IMG/VR virus record: IMGVR_UViG_3300025324_000001 | Location: 1 to 62,754 of that record | Reading direction: 5' to 3' (one strand) | Source: a virus | Length of the DNA stretch: 62,754 nucleotides | Shown here: positions 15,749-23,050 of the stretch, piece by piece | How positions within the stretch are numbered: position 1 is the first letter of the stretch | Layout: each line of letters begins with the position of its first letter | The notes under the pieces: model-generated | The model's input: only the letters and a program-made list of their open reading frames with translations | Database searches by the model: none | Told to the model about the DNA's origin: nothing | Program-made: the position numbers and the translations under genes

Positions 15749-15793
15749 GGAGCGGAACTCCTACGAGAGTGGGGTTCCGCTCCTCTTCTTTTT
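15749..15793 (+). terminator. Rho-independent terminator closing the plus-strand module
   Basis: ggagcggaac...gttccgctcc followed by tcttcttttt. Confidence 0.7.
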
Positions 15794-15920
15794 GCGGCTT
15801 AGGGACTGGTCAGTCCTACTATAGGGACCGGTCGCCCGCATCTCAGAGCTGCTCCCTAAGTCGGGCCCTCGATTGGCTTCCCGCAGTTTCCTAGTTGCTA
15901 CCATCAACTGACTACAAAAC

Positions 15921-16197
15921 GAAGTAACGAAGTCAACTCTTCCCGAAGTTCTAACTAGTTGATTTTTAACGGCTTTAGTAGTTTAGTAGTTTGGGTTCGT
16001 AATTACTCTAAGTGATCAAAAGTATTGGGGGGATTACCTTTAGGAATTTCGGTATATCAAACGGACTAATGTTGCCTATGTCCAATCCTTCCCCAACTTC
16101 TAACCACTTAAGAGATTAGGAAGTCAAACTACTAAACTACTAAATCCCTATAAAATCAACTAGTTACAACTGAGGGAGCAGTTTACTTCGTTACTTC
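15921..16197. repeat. 277-bp imperfect palindrome (arms 15921..16014 and 16105..16197) with TAGTAGTT doublets and AACTAGTT cores
   Basis: Arm segments are reverse complements by direct reading: gaagtaacgaagt/acttcgttacttc, ctaactagttgatttt/aaaatcaactagtta, tttagtagtttagtagtttg/caaactactaaactactaaa. Confidence 0.85.
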
Positions 16198-16331
16198 CTT
16201 TGATAGTCCGCATCATCCCCATTACTCCCTTCCTCACCCTCATCTTCTTGCTTTTGCTTCACTCTCAAACTTGGGTACTCTGGACAGAAGGTGTCGTACT
16301 TCCTAACAGGTTTCTCATCATCTGGAACCAC
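16191..16331 (-). CDS. Possible 46-aa acidic protein, last ORF of the minus-strand array
   Basis: GTG start after aaggtaag. Translation: VVPDDEKPVRKYDTFCPEYPSLRVKQKQEDEGEEGSNGDDADYQRK. Its stop lies inside the right palindrome arm. Confidence 0.25.
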   Translation of the reverse strand: MVPDDEKPVRKYDTFCPEYPSLRVKQKQEDEGEEGSNGDDADYQRK

Positions 16332-16454
16332 CTTACCTTATAACGACAAGGCTTACCTCATTGCTCTTTACTACTGATCCACCACATACAGCCACAGCAA
16401 TGAGGTTTAGACAACTTCATAATGCGGGTCTGCGGCGCAAATTCCGGATGACAA

Positions 16455-16503
16455 TCCGAAACCGAAAACCGAAAACCGAAGCCAAATCCGAACTGAAAAC
16501 CGG
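16455..16503. repeat. Degenerate heptamer A-tract array (CCGAAAA-like x ~6)
   Basis: Reads tccgaaaccgaaaaccgaaaaccgaagccaaatccgaactgaaaaccgg, immediately downstream (minus sense) of gene 16512..16736. Confidence 0.7.
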
Positions 16504-16511
16504 ACTCGAGG

Positions 16512-16736
16512 CTAGAAGGGATCATCCGACATTCTGCCGATAGGCTCATTCTCACCAGGAGGCACTTCAAAGTTCCGAACTGGACCAAAGGCTCCGCACT
16601 CGCTTCCGAGACAGAGGTAACCTTCTAACCCGCCACACTTGCTACCAGTCACCTCTCCGGAGGAATCAACATCGTGACGAGACATAAAGAGGCGGAACCC
16701 CACCGACTCACCGCAGTTTGGGCATTTGAGCTTCAT
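16512..16736 (-). CDS. Zinc-ribbon protein (74 aa)
   Basis: Start refined to MKLKCPNCGESV with RBS aaggagtaacATG. Has CPNC plus downstream Cys pairs. Confidence 0.55.
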   Translation of the reverse strand: MKLKCPNCGESVGFRLFMSRHDVDSSGEVTGSKCGGLEGYLCLGSECGAFGPVRNFEVPPGENEPIGRMSDDPF

Positions 16737-16737
16737 G

Positions 16738-17202
16738 TTACTCCTTCTTTCCTGGCAGATCGAACTTGACAGAACCTGCAAGAAACGCCACAAAGTCTTT
16801 GATCCGAGCTTGTGGCGTCATCTGGTTCCAAATGTCGGGACCTTCAAGACCTGGAATCGCTTCGAGATACTCCTCGAGCTTATCCCAGATTGCCATCGCC
16901 ATAGCGAACTGCGCATTTGCACCAGTCGCTACACCGGCAAAGTCCGCTCGGTCTTTTGGCAATCCACAAGTGTAGTAGATCCGTTCGGTTGAGGGGAGCT
17001 CTCTTGAGCCATTGAAGTAGTCCGTCGTGACAGCGTAGTGCGATTCCACCTCACCAAAAACCTCGTTACGCATGGACCTCCAGACAGCAGGTGTGCGATA
17101 GCCCACCCACCCCTGCTGCACAGCGCGATCTGGATCGTCCAGATCGATAAGCCGATGCTGGAAGCCGTTGGGCAGATTCCGTGTCTCGTGCTTGAGCCTC
17201 AT
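16738..17202 (-). CDS. Hypothetical protein (154 aa)
   Basis: Start refined to MRLKHETRN with RBS aggaggtaatATG. Confidence 0.55.
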   Translation of the reverse strand: MRLKHETRNLPNGFQHRLIDLDDPDRAVQQGWVGYRTPAVWRSMRNEVFGEVESHYAVTTDYFNGSRELPSTERIYYTCGLPKDRADFAGVATGANAQFAMAMAIWDKLEEYLEAIPGLEGPDIWNQMTPQARIKDFVAFLAGSVKFDLPGKKE

Positions 17203-17210
17203 ATTACCTC

Positions 17211-17426
17211 CTATTCGTCCTCTCCAAAGAATTTGTCCTGACACTTCTGGCACAGCCCAGAAATCCTGTACTCCTTCCGGGAAAGGACATCCCGAAACTC
17301 AATCGCAGGACCTCCACACCCGATCGGCTTGTCGATACAGCGATCGGAGTAGATCGCTTCTGATCGGTTGGACATCTTATTGAGTAGCCCAGCAATTGCT
17401 GGGCGCTTACTTGTTGGAACCGCCAT
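17211..17426 (-). CDS. Cys-rich hypothetical protein (71 aa)
   Basis: Start refined to MAVPTSKRP with RBS gggaggtaatATG. Contains CGGP...CQKC. Confidence 0.5.
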   Translation of the reverse strand: MAVPTSKRPAIAGLLNKMSNRSEAIYSDRCIDKPIGCGGPAIEFRDVLSRKEYRISGLCQKCQDKFFGEDE

Positions 17427-17427
17427 A

Positions 17428-17688
17428 TTACCTCCCGTCTGAAGGACGAAGTGTTTCGAAGACCCGGATGAGCTTATCGGTATAGCCAATGATCCCCTCA
17501 TACTCTAGCCATAGCCGAAGCACACGACGAGGAGTCATTCCTCGAATGCTCGTTCGGATCCTCTGCTTCTGTTCCTCCAAAAGATCCTCATGGTTCTTGT
17601 CGCCGATTGTCTCGTACAGAGCGGCAAGAACATCATTGTCGAGAACTAAGGGATCCACCCCAAGCTCGTCCCACCTATCTACTGACAT
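17428..17688 (-). CDS. Hypothetical acidic protein (86 aa)
   Basis: ORF only; tightly packed with its neighbours. Confidence 0.5.
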   Translation of the reverse strand: MSVDRWDELGVDPLVLDNDVLAALYETIGDKNHEDLLEEQKQRIRTSIRGMTPRRVLRLWLEYEGIIGYTDKLIRVFETLRPSDGR

Positions 17689-17918
17689 GCTATCCTCCAG
17701 TTTTCATCCGATCGACACTTCTGGATGTACCAGATCGTGATGTAGTAGCGCGTCCGCACACCGCGATAGTGGATGTACACTCCGAGGTGGCTATACCAAG
17801 GAATAAACAGATCGCAGTATAGCCCCGGACACGAGAAGCCGAGACACCCCAAATTGTTCCAGGGCATATGGAACTTGGTGAGAGTTAACCAAATCCAGAT
17901 CCGCCGTATGAGTCTCAT
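17679..17918 (-). CDS. Hypothetical Trp/Cys-rich protein (79 aa)
   Basis: Start refined to MRLIRRIW after gggagggagtATG. It conflicts with the overlapping ORF 17791..18045. Confidence 0.4.
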   Translation of the reverse strand: MRLIRRIWIWLTLTKFHMPWNNLGCLGFSCPGLYCDLFIPWYSHLGVYIHYRGVRTRYYITIWYIQKCRSDENWRIACQ

Positions 17919-18045
17919 ACTCCCTCCCATTGAAGCTCGTATATGACAAATACATCCTCACCATCGATTGGATCTGCCATCCAGAAGTGGGAGTCTCCAT
18001 CTCAAGACTCTTGCCATTCCAGCTCGCTCGCAGCATCCGAGCCAC
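17791..18045 (-). CDS. Alternative or overlapping hypothetical ORF (84 aa)
   Basis: The only same-strand ORF covering the 157-nt gap 17919..18075, but it overlaps the next gene by 128 nt in another frame. Confidence 0.25.
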   Translation of the reverse strand: MARMLRASWNGKSLEMETPTSGWQIQSMVRMYLSYTSFNGREYETHTADLDLVNSHQVPYALEQFGVSRLLVSGAILRSVYSLV

Positions 18046-18075
18046 AAATCTCGTTCCAGGCAGCTTGACTATGGC

Positions 18076-18261
18076 TCATAGAAAGACTCCCAAACCAAGT
18101 CTAGTTGCGAACTCACGAGTGCCCGTCCAAAGAAGCAGAAAGACAACAGCTGAAAAGCCTACACCTCCCAGGAAGCCAAGAAGGTAGAACCAAGCGCGCA
18201 TCCGAGCAATCTGCCAGACTGTGAAGTGCCGATAACCGTCTGCTCGGGACGGTCTACTCAC
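18076..18261 (-). CDS. Small membrane protein (61 aa)
   Basis: GTG start overlapping the upstream stop (GTGA), after ggagaaggagaa. One TM helix: AWFYLLGFLGGVGFSAVVFLLLW. Confidence 0.45.
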   Translation of the reverse strand: MSRPSRADGYRHFTVWQIARMRAWFYLLGFLGGVGFSAVVFLLLWTGTREFATRLGLGVFL

Positions 18262-18455
18262 GACTTCTCCTTCTCCATCTGCACGGCGCAACCCGGGTAG
18301 TAGGCATTTCTCAGCTGCTTGCGGCACTCCTCCAGTTCACCAGTGACTCTCGCCAAGCGCTCACGCATCCCCTTCCGGGTCTCTCCGTTTGCAGCCTTCA
18401 ACCTCTCGTGGAGCTCCTTGACTTCCTGCACCAGTTTCTTGCGTCTGACTTTCAT
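18258..18455 (-). CDS. Small coiled-coil protein (65 aa)
   Basis: ORF with a charged heptad-like sequence. Confidence 0.5.
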   Translation of the reverse strand: MKVRRKKLVQEVKELHERLKAANGETRKGMRERLARVTGELEECRKQLRNAYYPGCAVQMEKEKS

Positions 18456-18456
18456 A

Positions 18457-18669
18457 CTACTCCCTTCTAGTGATCGTGATATAAGGACCCTTCAGAGAAG
18501 AGTCCGAGCTTTCGCCCTCCTCGTAAAGGTTAAGACTCTCGCCAGGATCCAGCTCGACGATCGACACGATTTCATCGTCCGTAAAGTCTGTGACGTCGAG
18601 AGTGTCGTGAAGATTGAACTCATCTTCAGTTTCCTCCCTGTGGTCAATCAGTTTATACTTCCTGTCCAT
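18457..18669 (-). CDS. Highly acidic small protein (70 aa)
   Basis: ORF. D/E-rich (DHREETEDEFNLHDTLDVTDFTDDE), so a DNA-mimic-like composition. Confidence 0.5.
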   Translation of the reverse strand: MDRKYKLIDHREETEDEFNLHDTLDVTDFTDDEIVSIVELDPGESLNLYEEGESSDSSLKGPYITITRRE

Positions 18670-18689
18670 GTCGCCTCCAAGATCAAGAG

Positions 18690-18917
18690 TTAGACCAATA
18701 TTTGGATACCTGTGATCCGCCGTGTGAACTGGACGATAACCCGGGACGATCGAGCATCGTACACTGTGTACGAGTTGCCGAGCTCAAGCCAGTAGACAAG
18801 AACAAGAGCCTTGTCTACTGCTCGCCGAGCTGTCATGTAGCTCCTCCACGGCAGATCGCGTTTGGCCTTCTCATCGAAGACCCGGAAAGGTCGCTCCTCC
18901 TTCTTCGGGGAGGACAC
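18690..18917 (-). CDS. Hypothetical protein (75 aa)
   Basis: ORF only. Confidence 0.5.
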   Translation of the reverse strand: MSSPKKEERPFRVFDEKAKRDLPWRSYMTARRAVDKALVLVYWLELGNSYTVYDARSSRVIVQFTRRITGIQILV

Positions 18918-18918
18918 A

Positions 18919-19170
18919 TTACTCGACCGAGCTCAGTAGCTCGATCGCCTTTTCGAGAAGGATACGCGCGGACGCAACGTTGAGTCTCCCCTCGAAACTG
19001 TGAGGAGCGACCTTTCTCAACTCGGGGGTTCCTCCCTTCATTACTGGCGGAATCTGAAGGATTACCGGCGGCTCGAGTCCGAGCCTGAGCTTGGAGTTCC
19101 AGATGCGACGGGGCTTACGGTGTTTCTTGAACTTCGAGAAGGGCCCTGTACCCTTTTTACCTTGTGCCAT
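18919..19170 (-). CDS. Hypothetical basic protein (83 aa)
   Basis: RBS caaggaggccaattATG. First gene downstream of promoter P9. Confidence 0.55.
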   Translation of the reverse strand: MAQGKKGTGPFSKFKKHRKPRRIWNSKLRLGLEPPVILQIPPVMKGGTPELRKVAPHSFEGRLNVASARILLEKAIELLSSVE

Positions 19171-19187
19171 AATTGGCCTCCTTGTGT

Positions 19188-19206
19188 GCTAGCAACATGC
19201 TAGCAT
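19188..19206. promoter_or_regulatory. Twin TGCTAGCA palindromes (operator candidate) between the P9 -10 and the RBS
   Basis: Reads tgctagca-aca-tgctagca. Each octamer is self-complementary. Confidence 0.45.
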
Positions 19207-19212
19207 AAACCT

Positions 19213-19242
19213 ATTATATCGCGGTTCAAGCAATGGTATCAA
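19213..19242 (-). promoter_or_regulatory. Sigma70-like promoter P9 (TTGATA-18-TATAAT)
   Basis: Minus strand reads gccacTTGATAccattgcttgaaccgcgaTATAATaggttt. Confidence 0.55.
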
Positions 19243-19525
19243 GTGGCAAATTGAGGTCGTTCTTTTCCGACTCCCCTTTACTCTGATCAGGATCATTGAT
19301 CTGGACGAACAGAGTTCGATAAGCCCATCCAGGTTCACCAGCTTCCGACGAGATCTTTCCACAGAAGTTGCATGTCATGCTAGAGGCCCCACGATAGTGC
19401 CCGTACACTACTACAATAGCTTCGGGATTGTGGCCACAAGAACAAGAGTAGATACCGGTCTGCTTATAGACCCTTCCTTTCTCGAGACCTCGCCAGGACT
19501 TAATACAGAGGAGATAAATGGCCAT
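19226..19525 (-). CDS. Cys-rich hypothetical protein (99 aa)
   Basis: ORF with CSCGH...CNFCG. Confidence 0.5.
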   Translation of the reverse strand: MAIYLLCIKSWRGLEKGRVYKQTGIYSCSCGHNPEAIVVVYGHYRGASSMTCNFCGKISSEAGEPGWAYRTLFVQINDPDQSKGESEKNDLNLPLDTIA

Positions 19526-19534
19526 AATCAGTTT

Positions 19535-19825
19535 CTACCGGTAGCCGCGGAGGGACATACATTGAAAGATCAGATCTTCCTGCTGCTGAGCTCTCGACAT
19601 GTTCGCGATGATGTCGCCAGATTGAGGTACTGGAAGACTCCTCGTAGCATCGTAGGTGCACTCTCTCAGATCGCGGGATGCACGTTCGTCTCCCGAAATT
19701 CGGATCGAGCGAGGATACGCACTTGCCGTACCTCCCGGACCGGAATATACTCGAACAGGCATCTCGCCGCACGCTACGAACACCATCACAATTGCAATCG
19801 TCAGACCCAGCAGATGTAGACGCAT
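19535..19825 (-). CDS. Putative lipoprotein (96 aa)
   Basis: Signal peptide plus lipobox: MRLHLLGLTIAIVMVFVAC. Confidence 0.55.
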   Translation of the reverse strand: MRLHLLGLTIAIVMVFVACGEMPVRVYSGPGGTASAYPRSIRISGDERASRDLRECTYDATRSLPVPQSGDIIANMSRAQQQEDLIFQCMSLRGYR

Positions 19826-19839
19826 ACTACCTCCTTATA

Positions 19840-22152
19840 CTACAATTCACACACGCCCGAAGAACAGGCGAACTCTTTGGATCCCTGAGTTGAGTCCTCC
19901 TTCTCGTACGCAATGATACGAGCGTAGTCGATGTTCTCGAAGACCTTGCACATTTCCTCATATCGTTCTCGGGTAATAGCCTCGTACGGTGCAAGCTGGT
20001 ATACATGATCGTCGCGTGGTAAAAATGAAAGGCCGCCAACTATCTCCCAGTTCAACCAGAGCCAATGAGCAACGAGCACCCACTCGTCCTCTCTTACTGA
20101 GATCGTAGCCGAGGGATTGTGTTCGGTAAAGGTCGTCTTGACTCTTTTCCAGTACTCCAACTGATCGAGCGCTGAGAGATCCTCGCTATAGACCGAGCCT
20201 TCAGGGCTCTTGACAGGAAACTCAAGAACAAAGGTCGTAGCAGAATCGTACGTCTGCCCGACTTCTGGATAGAAAGGCAGCTTCTGATCACGCAACATGT
20301 GGAAGAGAGGATCCGTACCAGCAATGCGGATTCGTCGAATGTAGTACTCCGAATGCCGAGGATGCATCCCTGAAGACGCATCGACAAGCTGAGAAACTGT
20401 TCCTGAGGGCTTGCCACACGTTATAGCAGTAGAAGGATTGATCCCGAACCTATCTGCATACGCACGATTGGTATCGAGGGCTAAGTTCCACAGACTCTCC
20501 AATACTACGGGACTCCTTACAACTTCACAGTCCCACTGACCGGTAAGAGAAACACCGAGAAGGCGTTCCCGCTCGCAGTTGGTCTTCCACTCCTCGGACA
20601 AGTAGGGAAAGTCAGTAAGTTCCGACTGGTACGTTCCGAGGATCGTAGCAATTCGAACTTTCCGAGCCAGCGACTCTCTACTATCGTTTGGGCGGCAGAC
20701 CACTTCGGTCAGATTACAGAACTGTTTCGACAGAAGGTAGATCTCGCAGCAGGGATTTGCTCCTGGTTGACTCATCAATCTTCCTTGCACCACATGGCCG
20801 TGTGCTATCCAGTTCTCGAGCCGTCGCGCAGGAATCTGTTTAAGCAGGTCGCCTCGATTGAAGATTCCTCTCTCCCCTGACTTGCTCTGAACAAGAGCCA
20901 ACCACTCACGAAGGAACTGCTCCGAAGTAGGCTTCTCCCGGTAAACAGCAGAGTTGTTGGCTAGCTGACGCTGAGGGTTCGTCATAAAGAAGTGGCCTTC
21001 CTTCGCGTGACGGATCTCCTCATCGTCTAGATCAGACAGGGAAATAAGCGCTGATCTTCTTACGCCACCAGCAACAATACAGTCGCCGATCTTACAGATG
21101 ATGTCGTGCGCGTCCAAGTTGGAAAGCCTTCGCCCTTGACGATGCAAAATTTTCGACCGAACAAAAGCGAGAAGGTCGATAAGTGGCTTAGGCCCCGAGC
21201 TACGGCCTCCCATCGTCTTCAGCCTCGCGCCTTCTGGCCTAAGCAGGGAGAAATCGAACTTGAGATCCATTCCGTTGTACCAGGAGTACATCCCAGCAGC
21301 AAGAGCGTTGGCCCATCCCTCTTTCGAGTCGGCCACTTCATAGGTGAGAGGCTCTTCTCCAAGCTGCAGCGGAATAACAGGTAGTTGCTGAATGTTCTGG
21401 CTTTCCACCGAGAAGCCGACGCCTGAGCCACACGCGAGGATGTACAGAATCTCTGCAAAATCCTGTACATCTGTTGGTGCGGTGTAGGCACAGTTGAAAG
21501 CGGCAACGTTAGTTGCGCGAGCAGCAGCTCCTGCTGACCACATCAGACGCATAGAAGGCATCACCTCCATATGCAGGATCGCCTGATGTATCTCGTTATA
21601 CTCCTCCGTCGTCAGAAGAGTGGAGAGGTTCTCGCGCATGAAGTCCATGTAACGCCGAACAGTTTCGATCCACGTCTCTCGCCGGTTTTCGCTCTCGATC
21701 CACCGCGAGTAGGATCGATAGTAAACAAACTCAGCTAAGGGATTGGGAAAGAGCTCTCGGCTCTCATTAACAAGGCGCTGAACTCCCTCCGGAACTGCGA
21801 CTCTCTCTTGACGGAGCTTTGCTCTCTCCTGGCGGTAAAGAATGTAGTGCTTTGCAGTAGCTGTAAACCCCTGCAACATGAGCTCGCGTTCGACTGCGTC
21901 CTGGATTGCTTCGACAGTTGGAACGCTTTCAGTTTGCATAAGGGTGGCAGCCCGCTGAAACTGCGACTGCACATTCCGAGCCACAAACGTCGAGTCGCTA
22001 TCCGGATCCGGAGCTTCTACTGCTATATACATCGCTTTGCAGATTGCGGCCTCGATCTTTGAAAAGTTGTAAGGTACTACAGAGCCATCCCTTTTACGGA
22101 CGTGCTCGATCTTACGAAAGCTGCCGATGTTGTCGAATCCCGTCTCAGTCAT
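19840..22152 (-). CDS. nrdJ: Ribonucleotide reductase, class II (adenosylcobalamin-dependent, monomeric type)
   Basis: 770 aa. Has GGRSSGP, NPCCEI (NxCxE active site), FCNLTEV and a C-terminal CSSGVCEL redox pair. Confidence 0.8.
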   Translation of the reverse strand: MTETGFDNIGSFRKIEHVRKRDGSVVPYNFSKIEAAICKAMYIAVEAPDPDSDSTFVARNVQSQFQRAATLMQTESVPTVEAIQDAVERELMLQGFTATAKHYILYRQERAKLRQERVAVPEGVQRLVNESRELFPNPLAEFVYYRSYSRWIESENRRETWIETVRRYMDFMRENLSTLLTTEEYNEIHQAILHMEVMPSMRLMWSAGAAARATNVAAFNCAYTAPTDVQDFAEILYILACGSGVGFSVESQNIQQLPVIPLQLGEEPLTYEVADSKEGWANALAAGMYSWYNGMDLKFDFSLLRPEGARLKTMGGRSSGPKPLIDLLAFVRSKILHRQGRRLSNLDAHDIICKIGDCIVAGGVRRSALISLSDLDDEEIRHAKEGHFFMTNPQRQLANNSAVYREKPTSEQFLREWLALVQSKSGERGIFNRGDLLKQIPARRLENWIAHGHVVQGRLMSQPGANPCCEIYLLSKQFCNLTEVVCRPNDSRESLARKVRIATILGTYQSELTDFPYLSEEWKTNCERERLLGVSLTGQWDCEVVRSPVVLESLWNLALDTNRAYADRFGINPSTAITCGKPSGTVSQLVDASSGMHPRHSEYYIRRIRIAGTDPLFHMLRDQKLPFYPEVGQTYDSATTFVLEFPVKSPEGSVYSEDLSALDQLEYWKRVKTTFTEHNPSATISVREDEWVLVAHWLWLNWEIVGGLSFLPRDDHVYQLAPYEAITRERYEEMCKVFENIDYARIIAYEKEDSTQGSKEFACSSGVCEL

Positions 22153-22162
22153 TGAGTCCCTT

Positions 22163-22354
22163 TCAGTAAGTCCTCACGTAAGTAACTATACGCCGCATTC
22201 CGAGCTTTTGCAATATCTCACTGCTCGGCTCTGTTTTTGAGCCGTTCTGTAAACGGCTGAGGTAGCCGACGTCAATTTGGAGCTCTCTAGCCGCAGCTCG
22301 TAGTGAGCCGTGCTGTTTAGCTAACTCCTGGATACGAGCGCTAAGTCTATTCAC
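22163..22354 (-). CDS. XRE-type HTH protein (63 aa)
   Basis: Start refined to GTG (VNRLSARIQELA...). The HTH reads SLRAAARELQIDVGYLSRLQNG. Confidence 0.55.
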   Translation of the reverse strand: MNRLSARIQELAKQHGSLRAAARELQIDVGYLSRLQNGSKTEPSSEILQKLGMRRIVTYVRTY

Positions 22355-22592
22355 TTCCCCGCCTCTCCGCGTCGGCGTCGAGGGCGGCGTCGAGTGCTTC
22401 CATGTATACGCAAGGATGATTTTCTGGGCGCAGTAATCGTAGCCACCGATACCGCTCCGCATCCTTGCCGTCCCTCATCCCCCGCAGCGCGAGGTCGGCG
22501 ATTGCTCTGCGGAAGGCTGCGCTACTCATGCGAGCGGCATACAGCCCCGTGCGTGCATAGACCTCGATATCCTGCTCGGTTAGATTAGCCAT
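22347..22592 (-). CDS. Hypothetical protein (81 aa)
   Basis: ORF overlapping both neighbours. Confidence 0.5.
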   Translation of the reverse strand: MANLTEQDIEVYARTGLYAARMSSAAFRRAIADLALRGMRDGKDAERYRWLRLLRPENHPCVYMEALDAALDADAERRGSE

Positions 22593-22792
22593 GAATTAAC
22601 CTTTCCAAAAGTTTCTCGTTCTACATCTGTCAGCAAAGTGTGAGCGCGCCTGCATTCGGCGTCCTCGCATTCGGCATGGACAAAATCAGTCCCTGCACTT
22701 TGCTCTCCAGGCCAGCGAATAGGATGCGGAATTTTGTCAGCCCCAGGTAAACCACAGAAGCCGCAGATGTCCTGCTCGGTGAGGGAGGTCAT
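22580..22792 (-). CDS. Cys-rich hypothetical protein (70 aa)
   Basis: CGFCG ... HAECEDAEC. Confidence 0.5.
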   Translation of the reverse strand: MTSLTEQDICGFCGLPGADKIPHPIRWPGEQSAGTDFVHAECEDAECRRAHTLLTDVERETFGKVNSWLI

Positions 22793-22801
22793 TGAGGACG
22801 C

Positions 22802-23050
22802 TCAATTCAGTTTAATTGCCGCTCGTAGTGCTGAGCCGAAATCATGTGTTTCGTGATATTTCCCTTTGCATCCCGGTGGTGTTCCAGCGCAGTCCACACT
22901 GACAGACCCATTCCACTGCTCTTTATCAAGATGCCCCAATGCGCCACAGCCTGGACACTCCCACAGCCAGCCAGTATGATCATCAATATGTACGCCATCT
23001 AGGGTTACTGCACGAAAACGCCCTAGTGGTGTTGTGATGATTCTGCTCAT
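22802..23050 (-). CDS. Zinc-ribbon protein (82 aa)
   Basis: CPGCG ... CAGTPPGC. Confidence 0.5.
   Translation of the reverse strand: MSRIITTPLGRFRAVTLDGVHIDDHTGWLWECPGCGALGHLDKEQWNGSVSVDCAGTPPGCKGKYHETHDFGSALRAAIKLN

Noticed and set aside
16358-16588. 76-aa ORF containing GFQFGFGFGFRF.
   Set aside because: The peptide repeat is just the translation of the CCGAAAA heptamer array. The ORF overlaps the 3' end of a better-supported gene and has no RBS.
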